Positions 1-7,561 of a stretch of DNA of 64,000 bases are shown here, piece by piece. How positions within the stretch are numbered: position 1 is the first letter of the stretch; every line of letters begins with the position of its first letter. The notes under the pieces are model-generated. The model had not been told where the DNA came from. It saw only the letters and a program-made list of their open reading frames with translations, and did not search any database. Source of the stretch: a virus; the IMG/VR virus record IMGVR_UViG_3300030490_000001. One strand, written 5' to 3'. Position numbers and translations under genes: made by a program.

Positions 1-87
1 CCAGCGTCAGGCTTGCCGTGTGCGTAAAGGTAGGCGGCACCAGCAAAAAGCGTGGCGATAATTAGTGCGTTCTTGAACTTCCACATG
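1..87 (-). CDS. partial small hydrophobic protein (N-terminus only; gene runs off the left edge)
   Basis: Own translation from ATG at 87 on the minus strand: MWKFKNALIIATLFAGAAYLYAHGKPDA.., with no stop before the window edge. The N-terminus looks signal/TM-like. Confidence 0.3.
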
Positions 88-252
88 TGATTCCCTTCAA
101 TCAGTCGAAAGTGGCCGCGACCACGATGGCCGCAGCGATGAATAGGCCGGCGCCGGGAAGTCCGGTTACGCCGAGCGCAATGCCCACGATCACCAGGACG
201 ACAACGATTGCGGGCCTGGGTGAGTGCGGAGGCGGCAGATGGGCGGCAATCG

Positions 253-534
253 TCACGCCTCACCCCCTTGCACCGTCGCGATGATTTCGTCGATCAGTTC
301 GGGGCTTCGTTCTGGGTTGACCTGGCAACGCACACCCATATCCTTGGTCCCCTCCAGTGTCAGCCCGCATGCGCACACGGCCGCAGGCGACTCACCGCCA
401 GCCTGGGCGCCGCAGCTTGCGCACCGAAATACGAACTCCAGGCGCCCGCTCTTTTGGCGAACCATCACGCGGCCAAAGCACACACGACAGACGTGATCGG
501 TCATCACCCATGTGAGTTTTCCGCTCAGGTTCAT
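253..534 (-). CDS. small Cys-rich zinc-ribbon-like protein
   Basis: 93-aa ORF with cysteine pairs CRVC, CASC and CAC. Its start overlaps the stop of the upstream gene (ATGA at 531-534). Confidence 0.55.
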   Translation of the reverse strand: MNLSGKLTWVMTDHVCRVCFGRVMVRQKSGRLEFVFRCASCGAQAGGESPAAVCACGLTLEGTKDMGVRCQVNPERSPELIDEIIATVQGGEA

Positions 535-1076
535 GACGCACCTCGCGCAGCAACTGCATCAGCGATGCGGCGAAAGTGCGACGCGTGCCCATTGCGTCCC
601 ATCCCAACCCGGCCAGCCGAGTCACGCAGTGCAGCGATGATCAGCTCATCCGGGTCGACGCTCAGCGGCAGATAGGTCTCGCGACGAACCCCGTCATGCG
701 CGAAGTGGAACGACCGCGCCGCCAGTGGTCGCATGCGCGACGGTGAGCAGCCTTTCGCGTTACTGCCCTTGAGCCACTCGTACTGGCGGTTCTGGCACGA
801 CACGCAAAGGTGTTTTGAGATCAGCCGCCGGGATGGGCGCTGGCAACGACCGCAAATCCTGGCATTGCGCAGGGGTGAGATGGACGTGGTCGGCTCACCG
901 GAATGGGTCGCGCCAATCGGACAGTTCTTGCACGCCGATCGCAGTTCCCGCTCATCAGGCGTCCCGTGGTTGGCCTTTCGCCACATCTCAGCACAAGCAG
1001 CCACCGGGAACTTAGCCCGCAGCTTCTCGCAGCCGAAGTATTCAACGCCAGGTGTTTCGGGAATCGTGAAGTACAT
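531..1076 (-). CDS. Cys-rich hypothetical protein (several CxxC pairs)
   Basis: 181-aa ORF with CKNC, CGRC and CVSC pairs. AAGGGG lies 10 nt upstream of ATG 1076, and motif site 1 lies 34 nt upstream. Confidence 0.55.
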   Translation of the reverse strand: MYFTIPETPGVEYFGCEKLRAKFPVAACAEMWRKANHGTPDERELRSACKNCPIGATHSGEPTTSISPLRNARICGRCQRPSRRLISKHLCVSCQNRQYEWLKGSNAKGCSPSRMRPLAARSFHFAHDGVRRETYLPLSVDPDELIIAALRDSAGRVGMGRNGHASHFRRIADAVAARGAS

Positions 1077-1110
1077 GACCGTGCAGCCCCTTGCTATCGC
1101 GTAGGCGCAT

Positions 1111-1120
1111 TGTCACGACT
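1111..1120 (-). promoter_or_regulatory. TCGTGAC-core motif site 1
   Basis: Reads ttgatcaAGTCGTGACAatgcg on the minus strand. There are 34 nt to ATG 1076. TGATCAA abuts it. Confidence 0.6.
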
Positions 1121-1261
1121 TGATCAAAAACAAACAAGAGGGAATATCGTTACAAATCAACGGCTTGCTACGGTTAGATCGGTCTAGGTACGATCAAATA
1201 TGGTTAGCTACGGCTCGATACGGCTCAAATAATTCATCGATCTGCTCAACTTAACGTTTCT

Positions 1262-1716
1262 TTACAAAAGGGGGACGCTATCCAGAACGTCCCCCCTCCT
1301 GTCCCCCTGATTGTCCCCCTCAAATTCGGTCATCCTCTCTCTCTATCTATCTATTTCTATTAGAAAAGAAGAAGAAGAAGAAGAGAGAGGGGGACAAAGG
1401 GGACGGTAAATGTAGATATAGCCCCCTGTAAGAAAATGGGGGGGGGGAGGGGGTCTATGGGCAGGGTGTCTATGTATCCGGTGATGAGTACCCCCTCCCC
1501 CCCCCTCTTTTTCTCTCTATGAAATTGGCTGCGGGAGCGTCCCCCCCGTCCCCTTTGTCCCCTTTGCAATGTTTTCAATGGCTTATGGGTGCACGGCGAG
1601 GGGGACGCACTTTGCCCCGTCCCCCTGCGTACCCCTCCATAACCCCTGATTTTGTAACAAAACTGTCATAAAACGTCCCCCTGGGCGTCCCCCTCTGCGT
1701 CCCCCTCCCCTGTTTT
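1262..1716. repeat. structured non-coding block: GTCCCC(C) iterons, (GAA)5 homopurine run, G10/C9 inverted repeat (candidate origin or master control region)
   Basis: See the dedicated finding. I count 14 GTCCCC copies, 10 forward and 4 reverse, including three at a 12-bp period (1675, 1687, 1699). A 33-nt all-purine run spans 1362-1394. G10AG5T (1438-1454) faces AC5TC9 (1490-1505). Confidence 0.7.
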
Positions 1717-1726
1717 GGTCGTGACA
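1717..1726 (+). promoter_or_regulatory. TCGTGAC-core motif site 2
   Basis: Reads ttttgGTCGTGACAccacc. There are 15 nt to ATG 1742, and no SD. Confidence 0.6.
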
Positions 1727-1741
1727 CCACCATGACGACCC

Positions 1742-2245
1742 ATGGGAACCAAACCACACATCACACCCCGGACGCCGGGCTCGACGCCCTGGCGCGCATC
1801 AACTCTGCGCGACCGAGTCACCGGTGCACTGACCCGACTGAGTCCGGCGACCCGCGATGAGTTGGCCGCGTACACCGGCGATCCGCGTACGGAAGTCGAC
1901 GCCCTTATTAATGAGTTGCTGGTCGACGGCCTGGTCGTCCCGGTGCTCGACCGCTACCGCTACAAGTCTCCGCGCGAGCGATACGAGCGCCAGGTCACCC
2001 TGCATGACGGCACTGTTGTCGGGTCATGGTCGCCGGAGTGGAACACCGAACTTGAGGGCCGCGCCGTGCTGCGCATGCCCACAAAGATGCACCGCCAGGG
2101 ATACCTGATTCGCGTTCGAGAGAGGCGCGGCGACGCGAGGGCGAACGCGATGGAGGAGCTGTTACTGCGGATCTTCCGTTCCTCCCGCGCTGCCCGTGAC
2201 CCCGCCGGTGAGTCCGCCATGGACTCATCCCATGGCTCCGAATAA
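1742..2245 (+). CDS. hypothetical early protein
   Basis: 167-aa ORF, the first plus-strand gene after the structured non-coding block. Motif site 2 ends 15 nt before the ATG, and there is no SD. Confidence 0.5.
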   Translation: MGTKPHITPRTPGSTPWRASTLRDRVTGALTRLSPATRDELAAYTGDPRTEVDALINELLVDGLVVPVLDRYRYKSPRERYERQVTLHDGTVVGSWSPEWNTELEGRAVLRMPTKMHRQGYLIRVRERRGDARANAMEELLLRIFRSSRAARDPAGESAMDSSHGSE

Positions 2246-2290
2246 CTAAACCACGTCGTTTCATAAACCCCCTTCCCATAGGTCGGGGGA

Positions 2291-2330
2291 TATGATCAAA
2301 TTTGATCAAGTTAATCATATTTGATCAATA
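2291..2330. promoter_or_regulatory. GATC-centred palindromic operator cluster upstream of gene 2345
   Basis: GATCAAATTTGATC is a perfect 14-bp palindrome at 2294-2307. ATCATATTTGATCAA follows at 2314-2328. Confidence 0.55.
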
Positions 2331-2344
2331 GAAGGGGCAACACC

Positions 2345-2866
2345 ATGACCGCACGCGAAGCCAAGACCATTCCCGCCGGTGCCATCTCCGACATCATCGC
2401 CGGCCTGAATGTCGTGCTGGCTCCGCTGGACGCCGAGCGCCTGGTGCGCTCCCAGGAATGGGCGCAGCGTCGGTGCAATGCCCTGGTCGAGTTCAAGGCA
2501 TCCGAGGAAGGCCAAGCACTGCGCAATAACCAGTGGGCGTACTACCGCAAGCTGTTCGAGCTGTCTGGCGGAAAGACCTGGTACAGCGTTTTCGGTGGCG
2601 GCTACGGCCCGAGCGTGGCTGACTTCATGGTCAAAAACTGCGCCGCCGCCAAGGACAAGCGCAACTGGAAGATCGCCAAGTACCTGATCGACGCCGGTGT
2701 CACCTCCGTGACGTCCTCAACCTACGCGCGCACCAGCGACGGCTATGACGGCACCTTCACCGTCATGACCGACAAGGGCGATAAGACCGTCTACGTCCGC
2801 TCGATCTACGCAGGCGGCTACAACATCCAGTGCCTGCACATCCGCGTGCTGGTCAAGGTGTACTGA
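2345..2866 (+). CDS. hypothetical early protein
   Basis: ORF 2321-2866 trimmed to ATG 2345 (MTAREAK..), which has AAGGGG 7 nt upstream. GATC palindromes lie directly upstream. Confidence 0.55.
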   Translation: MTAREAKTIPAGAISDIIAGLNVVLAPLDAERLVRSQEWAQRRCNALVEFKASEEGQALRNNQWAYYRKLFELSGGKTWYSVFGGGYGPSVADFMVKNCAAAKDKRNWKIAKYLIDAGVTSVTSSTYARTSDGYDGTFTVMTDKGDKTVYVRSIYAGGYNIQCLHIRVLVKVY

Positions 2867-2867
2867 G

Positions 2868-3143
2868 GTGAGGCGAGTGATCTCCACGGCCTCCCTGCGA
2901 ATCCGGTTCGGCTGGCTGCGCTGCGCGCGCCGCCGACGGGACAGCGCAGTCATTGCCGCCAAGTCGCTACCCCTCGCTGCGCCCGCCATACGCACGGCAT
3001 TCGATTCCGCTGTGATCGCGCTGGCGAAGGAACTCAATTGCACCGAGGCGGACATCCGTCTCGGCATCAACCAGCGCGCCCCACACATCAGCGCGCGTTT
3101 CGCCGAGGCACTCGCTAACGCGATGTGCCAGCAGGCCGCCTGA
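2868..3143 (+). CDS. hypothetical small protein
   Basis: 91-aa ORF with a GTG start 1 nt after the previous stop, in an operon context. A competing antisense ORF makes the call uncertain. Confidence 0.4.
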   Translation: MRRVISTASLRIRFGWLRCARRRRDSAVIAAKSLPLAAPAIRTAFDSAVIALAKELNCTEADIRLGINQRAPHISARFAEALANAMCQQAA

Positions 3144-3144
3144 C

Positions 3145-3345
3145 GTGACCGGCCTCTCCTCCCGCATCAAGGCCACCCTCGCTGACGTGCCGGGCGCCTG
3201 GGCGCGCGAATGGAAAGACGGTTCTTGCTGGGTCGGTCCTAACTGCGCCAGCGCAATCGAGGCCCTGAGTGCAAGCGGCTTTAACCATAAAACCATCGAC
3301 GTGCCTGGCACGTCATTCAAAACCTGCATCGAGGTAATCGAGTGA
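3145..3345 (+). CDS. hypothetical small protein
   Basis: 66-aa ORF with a GTG start 1 nt after the previous stop. Confidence 0.4.
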   Translation: MTGLSSRIKATLADVPGAWAREWKDGSCWVGPNCASAIEALSASGFNHKTIDVPGTSFKTCIEVIE

Positions 3346-3476
3346 GAAACCCTGGAATTTTCCGCTGCATCCTGCAGCACGACAACGGCTATCGGGCCAA
3401 CTACATCGGGACTTTTGATGGTTGGTCTAGTGAGTGGCACCTGGTGCTGCGCTATCCGATGGAGATGGCGGCATGA
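3342..3476 (+). CDS. possible 44-aa protein (below the ORF-track size cutoff)
   Basis: Own translation: GTG 3342 overlaps the previous stop (GTGA). It reads VRNPGIFRCILQHDNGYRANYIGTFDGWSSEWHLVLRYPMEMAA*, and its stop overlaps the next ATG (ATGA at 3473-3476). Confidence 0.3.
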   Translation: MRNPGIFRCILQHDNGYRANYIGTFDGWSSEWHLVLRYPMEMAA

Positions 3477-3925
3477 GTGCGCATGTGAATGTGCTTGAGG
3501 TTATCGACGCTGTCGTGGCCGAGCTTCGCTCGATGGGGAATACCGGCCACGTTGAAAACCTGCTTGATGCTCGTGCCGCCACGGCCGAGCTGATCGAGCA
3601 GCGCAACGATCTCAATGCCTCCCTAGAGATCGTGATGCACATGGAAGTACGCGGCCATCAGTTGCAAGACCGGCTGCAGTTTTCCGATGTGGGTCGCGCA
3701 ATCCTCCATCAGGCAACTTCCTCACTAGCTCGCGCCAAGGGCTCCAGTAGTGCCGCCCTTGGTCGTGATGCAAGTTCGAATGATGCTGCCACCGCCCTAT
3801 TGATCAGGGGCGTGTCTTCCCTTCTCGCATCCGAGTCGACCCATATGACGCATCGCAACGCCAAAGAGCGCGATGCCTACAAGACGATTCGCACGGCTCT
3901 GGCGGCGCTTGGGAGAGTTGCATGA
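3473..3925 (+). CDS. hypothetical early protein
   Basis: ORF 3434-3925 trimmed to ATG 3473 (MSAHVNVLEV..), coupled to the upstream small ORF. Confidence 0.5.
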   Translation: MSAHVNVLEVIDAVVAELRSMGNTGHVENLLDARAATAELIEQRNDLNASLEIVMHMEVRGHQLQDRLQFSDVGRAILHQATSSLARAKGSSSAALGRDASSNDAATALLIRGVSSLLASESTHMTHRNAKERDAYKTIRTALAALGRVA

Positions 3926-4353
3926 GCCGCGTTGTGTCCGAGCAGGAATTCGCCGCGCGTATCCGTGAGCTACTGAGCGCCGAGTGCTTCATGTCCTATG
4001 GATGCGTGACTGGCCCGGGAAGATCCGGTGCCATCGCCGCCGTGTACGCATCGCACATCCTGCGCATCCCGTTCATTCCGTTCGGGCAGGAGATCCCCGA
4101 GTCACTGCGCTCGGTGCTGATCATCGACACCGCACGCGAGTCGGGAGAGACCTTGCGCAAGGCTTCGCGCAAGTACGCCTACGCCGGTGCCCGCTCGGCA
4201 GTCTGCTTTGAGGAGCCGCCGCGCGTCATGTTCTGGTATGAGAGCGGCAAGCCGCAGACCTACCGGCACGAGCAGCGCGCGATCAGCACGTGGAACCCGC
4301 CGCGTGGCTCGCTGCTCGCTCAGCATTCGCTGGTCGTTGGTGGTTGCCGATGA
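3922..4353 (+). CDS. type I phosphoribosyltransferase-like small protein
   Basis: 143 aa. GPGRSGAIAAVYASHIL followed by VLIIDTARESGETL resembles the PRPP-binding loop (hydrophobic x4, D, x4, G, x, T) of gpt/hpt-type PRTases. The start is an ATGA overlap. Confidence 0.5.
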   Translation: MSRVVSEQEFAARIRELLSAECFMSYGCVTGPGRSGAIAAVYASHILRIPFIPFGQEIPESLRSVLIIDTARESGETLRKASRKYAYAGARSAVCFEEPPRVMFWYESGKPQTYRHEQRAISTWNPPRGSLLAQHSLVVGGCR

Positions 4354-4700
4354 GCGCGCCCCAGATCATCACTATCCAGCAGGCGCGCTCCACCGGACTG
4401 CGCCGCTACTACACCGGTAAACCGTGCCTGCGAGGCCACCTATCTGAGCGCTACGTCATCAAGTCTTTTTGCATCGACTGCAAGCGCGAGAACAACAACG
4501 TCACATGGCTGGCACGATCTCCCACTAAGCGCGCTCCGGCCGGCCAGATAGTCTCTCGCGAGGCCGCAAGGATCAGGGGCCTGACGCTCTATTACACCGG
4601 CGAGCCATGTCGTCATGGGCATGTGTCCGATAGGTACACCCGCAAGGGATGCTGCACCGAGTGCGCGCGCATCTGTCGATCTAAGAGGGATGCCCGATGA
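4350..4700 (+). CDS. protein with two tandem YYTGxPCxxGH...C..C zinc-ribbon-like repeats
   Basis: ORF trimmed to ATG 4350 (ATGA overlap). It contains RRYYTGKPCLRGHLSERYV..CIDC and LYYTGEPCRHGHVSDRYT..CCTEC. Confidence 0.55.
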   Translation: MSAPQIITIQQARSTGLRRYYTGKPCLRGHLSERYVIKSFCIDCKRENNNVTWLARSPTKRAPAGQIVSREAARIRGLTLYYTGEPCRHGHVSDRYTRKGCCTECARICRSKRDAR

Positions 4701-4921
4701 GCTGGCACCTCCCCTACTGGTTCAGCACGTACCCCGCGCCCCCCTTCTACATGCGCCCAGGCTTCCGCCTTTGGTGGGAGCACGCGCCTCCGATGCACGC
4801 GTGCGACGTCCGCCTCATGCCATCCCCGCGCATCGCCATGCGTGGCCGCAACAAGTCCAAGGGCTCCGTGCGTATGCCGCGCGTGCGCAACCCTGGAGCA
4901 AAACGTAGCACAAGGCTATGA
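4697..4921 (+). CDS. hypothetical small protein
   Basis: 74-aa ORF with ATGA overlaps at both ends. Confidence 0.4.
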   Translation: MSWHLPYWFSTYPAPPFYMRPGFRLWWEHAPPMHACDVRLMPSPRIAMRGRNKSKGSVRMPRVRNPGAKRSTRL

Positions 4922-5202
4922 GCGGCGACATGACGCTATATCGATCCGTGCTCGCAGCACTTGCTCCGTCTCAGGTACTGCATGAGCTGGAACTGCGAAT
5001 GTCGCGCGATGGCGTGATTGTCCAGTTTTTCGGATGCCGTAGGGCGGGCGATCTAATCACGGAGAAGCTAAAGCGCCACCGGGAGCGTGTTCTGCACTTG
5101 CTTCTCAGGAACAAATTCAGGGTCCGCGCTGCACTTGCGCCGACCACGTCTAACAAGTTCCACCTATTGGTGGTAGGAGTTGAAAGTCATGAATGCACGT
5201 GA
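4918..5202 (+). CDS. hypothetical small protein
   Basis: 94-aa ORF whose start is an ATGA overlap. Confidence 0.4.
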   Translation: MSGDMTLYRSVLAALAPSQVLHELELRMSRDGVIVQFFGCRRAGDLITEKLKRHRERVLHLLLRNKFRVRAALAPTTSNKFHLLVVGVESHECT

Positions 5203-5479
5203 ATTGAGAGTGTGGCACTGGCGCCGGTATGAGGCCGCCTGCAAGACCTACAAGGCATATGAGTCCGAGGCGCTAGCACTTGAGGCTGCCGGCGGATCAT
5301 CCGCATTCCACCGCGAGCGCATGAGGGCTTCCGACCGTCGTGCCACATTCCACAACGCCGCCGTCAGGGTGCTAGATACCCACCCTGAGTGCATTGCTGC
5401 AGGTACGCGGGCCTATCAGGACGACAAAACCATGCCTGACCATAACCTGCGCATCCGAAAGCCACGTAACCATAAATGA
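5180..5479 (+). CDS. hypothetical small protein
   Basis: 99-aa ORF, last gene of the operon before a gap of about 390 nt. The start could instead be ATG 5189. Confidence 0.45.
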   Translation: MKVMNARELRVWHWRRYEAACKTYKAYESEALALEAAGGSSAFHRERMRASDRRATFHNAAVRVLDTHPECIAAGTRAYQDDKTMPDHNLRIRKPRNHK

Positions 5480-5502
5480 TCAACAGTGATGGGAGGAAGC
5501 TT

Positions 5503-5536
5503 GCAATCAAATTTGATACATGATCAAATTAGATCA
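5503..5536. promoter_or_regulatory. GATC-centred palindromic operator cluster
   Basis: ATCAAATTTGAT is a perfect 12-bp palindrome at 5506-5517. TGATCAAATTAGATCA follows at 5521-5536. Confidence 0.5.
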
Positions 5537-5830
5537 GCGCGACGGACTGACCTCGCGCCCCATCCTCGATAACGAATGGAATCACCGTGAAGAAACTTGT
5601 GCTTGTCGATATTGCTTTGGTCTATACCGCTGCACTTGAGCGTGATGGGAAGTCTAGCCACACCCGCGCGCCCTCCGCCAATCATGCGCCACGACATACG
5701 CCCCACCGAGTGCGTTCGGTGAGCTACTACCGCCCCATGCACCAAAGCGGGAGGAAGCAGACCACTTCGGTGAGGCGCCTCTAAACCTCGCCTCGAACAG
5801 GTTACTGGATACGTTTTTGCACACGCCAAA

Positions 5831-5840
5831 AGTCGTGACG
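5831..5840 (+). promoter_or_regulatory. TCGTGAC-core motif site 3
   Basis: Reads gccaaaAGTCGTGACGccatag. There are 33 nt to GTG 5874. Confidence 0.6.
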
Positions 5841-5873
5841 CCATAGTACCCCGACCAATTAGAGGGGTACACC

Positions 5874-6083
5874 GTGAAGCGCAAGACATCCACAAGGTTG
5901 ATGTACGACAGGCACACGTATAACGCGGACGTTGTAGCTGAGCTTCGCCGGCCTGAGCGTATGCCATCCGGATTCTGGCGGACCCTCGCCGAGATCATGG
6001 CGATAGCCATGATCGCTGGCGTCGTCATCGGTATCGCCCTTCACCTACTTTCTGGACTCCACCACGTGCCTCCGCACAGATAG
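5874..6083 (+). CDS. small membrane protein
   Basis: 69 aa with a GTG start and AGAGGGG 6 nt upstream. The hydrophobic segment IMAIAMIAGVVIGIALHLLSGL suggests a TM helix. Motif site 3 lies 33 nt upstream. Confidence 0.45.
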   Translation: MKRKTSTRLMYDRHTYNADVVAELRRPERMPSGFWRTLAEIMAIAMIAGVVIGIALHLLSGLHHVPPHR

Positions 6084-6184
6084 AGAGCGCGCGCTCATCG
6101 CTGCTCCACGTTCCTGCCATGCGCCGTAAATGCACCTACTCACTTGCGGCTTCATCGCCGCTACCCACAACCACTGAGGTATCC

Positions 6185-6484
6185 ATGAATAACGTGAAGA
6201 TCCGCAACACCTCCGAGAGCATTGGTCGATTCCTGCGTGGCCGTGGCCGCATGTCTCACGTCAGCGCCATCATCGGCGATCACCCGTTGTTCGTGCATGC
6301 CGTCAATCATGGCGCCGCAGCCACCTATCAGGGTCCGCGTTACGTGGTCGCCTCCACGCGCACCGCGCACCAGGGCAAGAACGCTGGCAAGCGCCATCGC
6401 CGCGCATCCCTCATTGCTGCTGCCGGCTCCGTTCGCGCCGGTAGCCGAGCGCTGTCGCAGATGCGCGCCAACGCCAACGCGTAA
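6185..6484 (+). CDS. hypothetical basic protein
   Basis: ORF 6119-6484 trimmed to ATG 6185 (MNNVKIRN..), which has GAGG upstream. Confidence 0.4.
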   Translation: MNNVKIRNTSESIGRFLRGRGRMSHVSAIIGDHPLFVHAVNHGAAATYQGPRYVVASTRTAHQGKNAGKRHRRASLIAAAGSVRAGSRALSQMRANANA

Positions 6485-6529
6485 TCGGCAGCATAGCCTG
6501 TCTCCCGCACGATTAAGGTACCCAAACCA

Positions 6530-7387
6530 ATGAACGCAAAAGCAAACACCACCACCGGACCCGTCTCTCCCGCAAGCTTCAAAATCGGCGAACGCGTCGA
6601 GATCGTTAGCGCCGACTGCAGCGATAAGCAGCGCGACACGATCGGCAAGGCCGGCATGGTCGTCAACAACTGCGACTATCTGCTCGTTGTCGTCGAGCTG
6701 GATGACGGCCGCCTGGTATCGTACCTGCCACGTCGCCTGCGCAAGATCGCGCCCAATGATGCCGAAGTCGCAGCCTCAGCGTCGCATGATGAGTTCACAG
6801 CCGCGCCGTTCGCCGACGTTTTCGTGATCGAGATACGCGACGGCTCATCGATCTATCTGGCTGCCAACGGCGACATCAATGTCACCGGCAACGTGAAAAT
6901 GGACGGTGCCATCAACCAGGAAGCGACCGCGCCAGCCGCGCTACCGCTAAGCGTCGGCATGCAGGTCATGATCACCAGCCCCGTATGGACCGGCACCGGC
7001 AAGAATCCGGTCGGCTTGTTCGGCATGATAAAACGCGAGGGTCCGCTGATTGGCCGGTGTGGCAATACCTTCGACTTTGTCGTCCACCTCACGGATGGCC
7101 GCGACGTACTGGCGAAGGCATCCGAGGTCTCGCCCATCGTAGGTGCCAGCGAGGTGCAGTCTGACCATCCTCTCAACCTGATGGAGCAGCTCACCAAGCT
7201 TCGCAGCGAGGAGAAGCGCCTCATGGCGAACCTGACGGAGATCCGTATCACGCAGCAGGCCGCCGAGATACGCGCCGCATCACTGCGCGTGTGCGGCGAC
7301 AATGTCCGCGAGGAGCGCAAAGTGATCGTGCGCAAGTGCGAGGAGCTGGAGTTCGAGTTGACACAGTCGATCCAGCGCGCCGCGTAA
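6530..7387 (+). CDS. hypothetical protein with an internal duplication and a C-terminal coiled coil
   Basis: 285 aa. Two similar segments are present (FKIGERVEIVS..LVVVELDDGRLV and LSVGMQVMITS..FVVHLTDGRDVL). A strong terminator follows. Confidence 0.55.
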   Translation: MNAKANTTTGPVSPASFKIGERVEIVSADCSDKQRDTIGKAGMVVNNCDYLLVVVELDDGRLVSYLPRRLRKIAPNDAEVAASASHDEFTAAPFADVFVIEIRDGSSIYLAANGDINVTGNVKMDGAINQEATAPAALPLSVGMQVMITSPVWTGTGKNPVGLFGMIKREGPLIGRCGNTFDFVVHLTDGRDVLAKASEVSPIVGASEVQSDHPLNLMEQLTKLRSEEKRLMANLTEIRITQQAAEIRAASLRVCGDNVREERKVIVRKCEELEFELTQSIQRAA

Positions 7388-7413
7388 TAGCGCCTAGCAC
7401 ATGAGTGCAGAGA

Positions 7414-7440
7414 AGCCCCGGTAAATCCGGGGCTTTTTTT
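7414..7440 (+). terminator. rho-independent terminator
   Basis: AGCCCCGG taaat CCGGGGCT forms an 8-bp stem followed by T7. Confidence 0.8.
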
Positions 7441-7451
7441 CGTTCTGGTTA

Positions 7452-7461
7452 AGTCGTGACC
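7452..7461 (+). promoter_or_regulatory. TCGTGAC-core motif site 4 (orphan, with no co-oriented gene downstream)
   Basis: Reads ggttaAGTCGTGACCatagc. A half-copy GGCGTGACACC follows at 7471-7481, then the alternating Pu-Py tracts, then the 3' end of the convergent primase gene. Confidence 0.5.
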
Positions 7462-7502
7462 ATAGCATCAGGCGTGACACCCTCATGAAGTGAATGTATG
7501 GC

Positions 7503-7561
7503 TACACGTGTGCGCGCCTGCGGACGCGCGCATGTGCGCATGCGTGTGCGCGCGTATGTAT
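7503..7561. repeat. two perfect alternating purine-pyrimidine tracts (15 nt and 38 nt; Z-DNA-prone)
   Basis: 7503-7517 reads tacacgtgtgcgcgc. 7524-7561 reads acgcgcgcatgtgcgcatgcgtgtgcgcgcgtatgtat. I checked the alternation base by base. Confidence 0.8.

Noticed and set aside
253-260. CGTCACGCC overlaps the stop codon of gene 253-534 and might be another motif site.
   Set aside because: It matches only CGTGAC. It lacks the TCGTGAC core and the A-run, and no downstream gene is visible before the window edge.
1262-1716. The repeat-rich block might have been a CRISPR array.
   Set aside because: The repeats are only 6-12 nt long, occur in both orientations with irregular spacing, and lack unique spacers of constant length. 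No cas genes are present.
1360-1875. ORFs 1360-1578(-), 1575-1757(-) and 1666-1875(-) lie across the iteron and homopolymer block.
   Set aside because: Their translations are low-complexity (poly-L/G/R/P) and generated by the G/C runs and repeats. They overlap motif site 2 and the 1742 gene, so I treat the region as non-coding.
5524-6028. Minus-strand ORFs 5524-5967 and 5654-6028 lie in the early-region gap.
   Set aside because: They are Arg-rich and overlap each other, motif site 3 and the 5874 gene. They have no operon logic on the minus strand.
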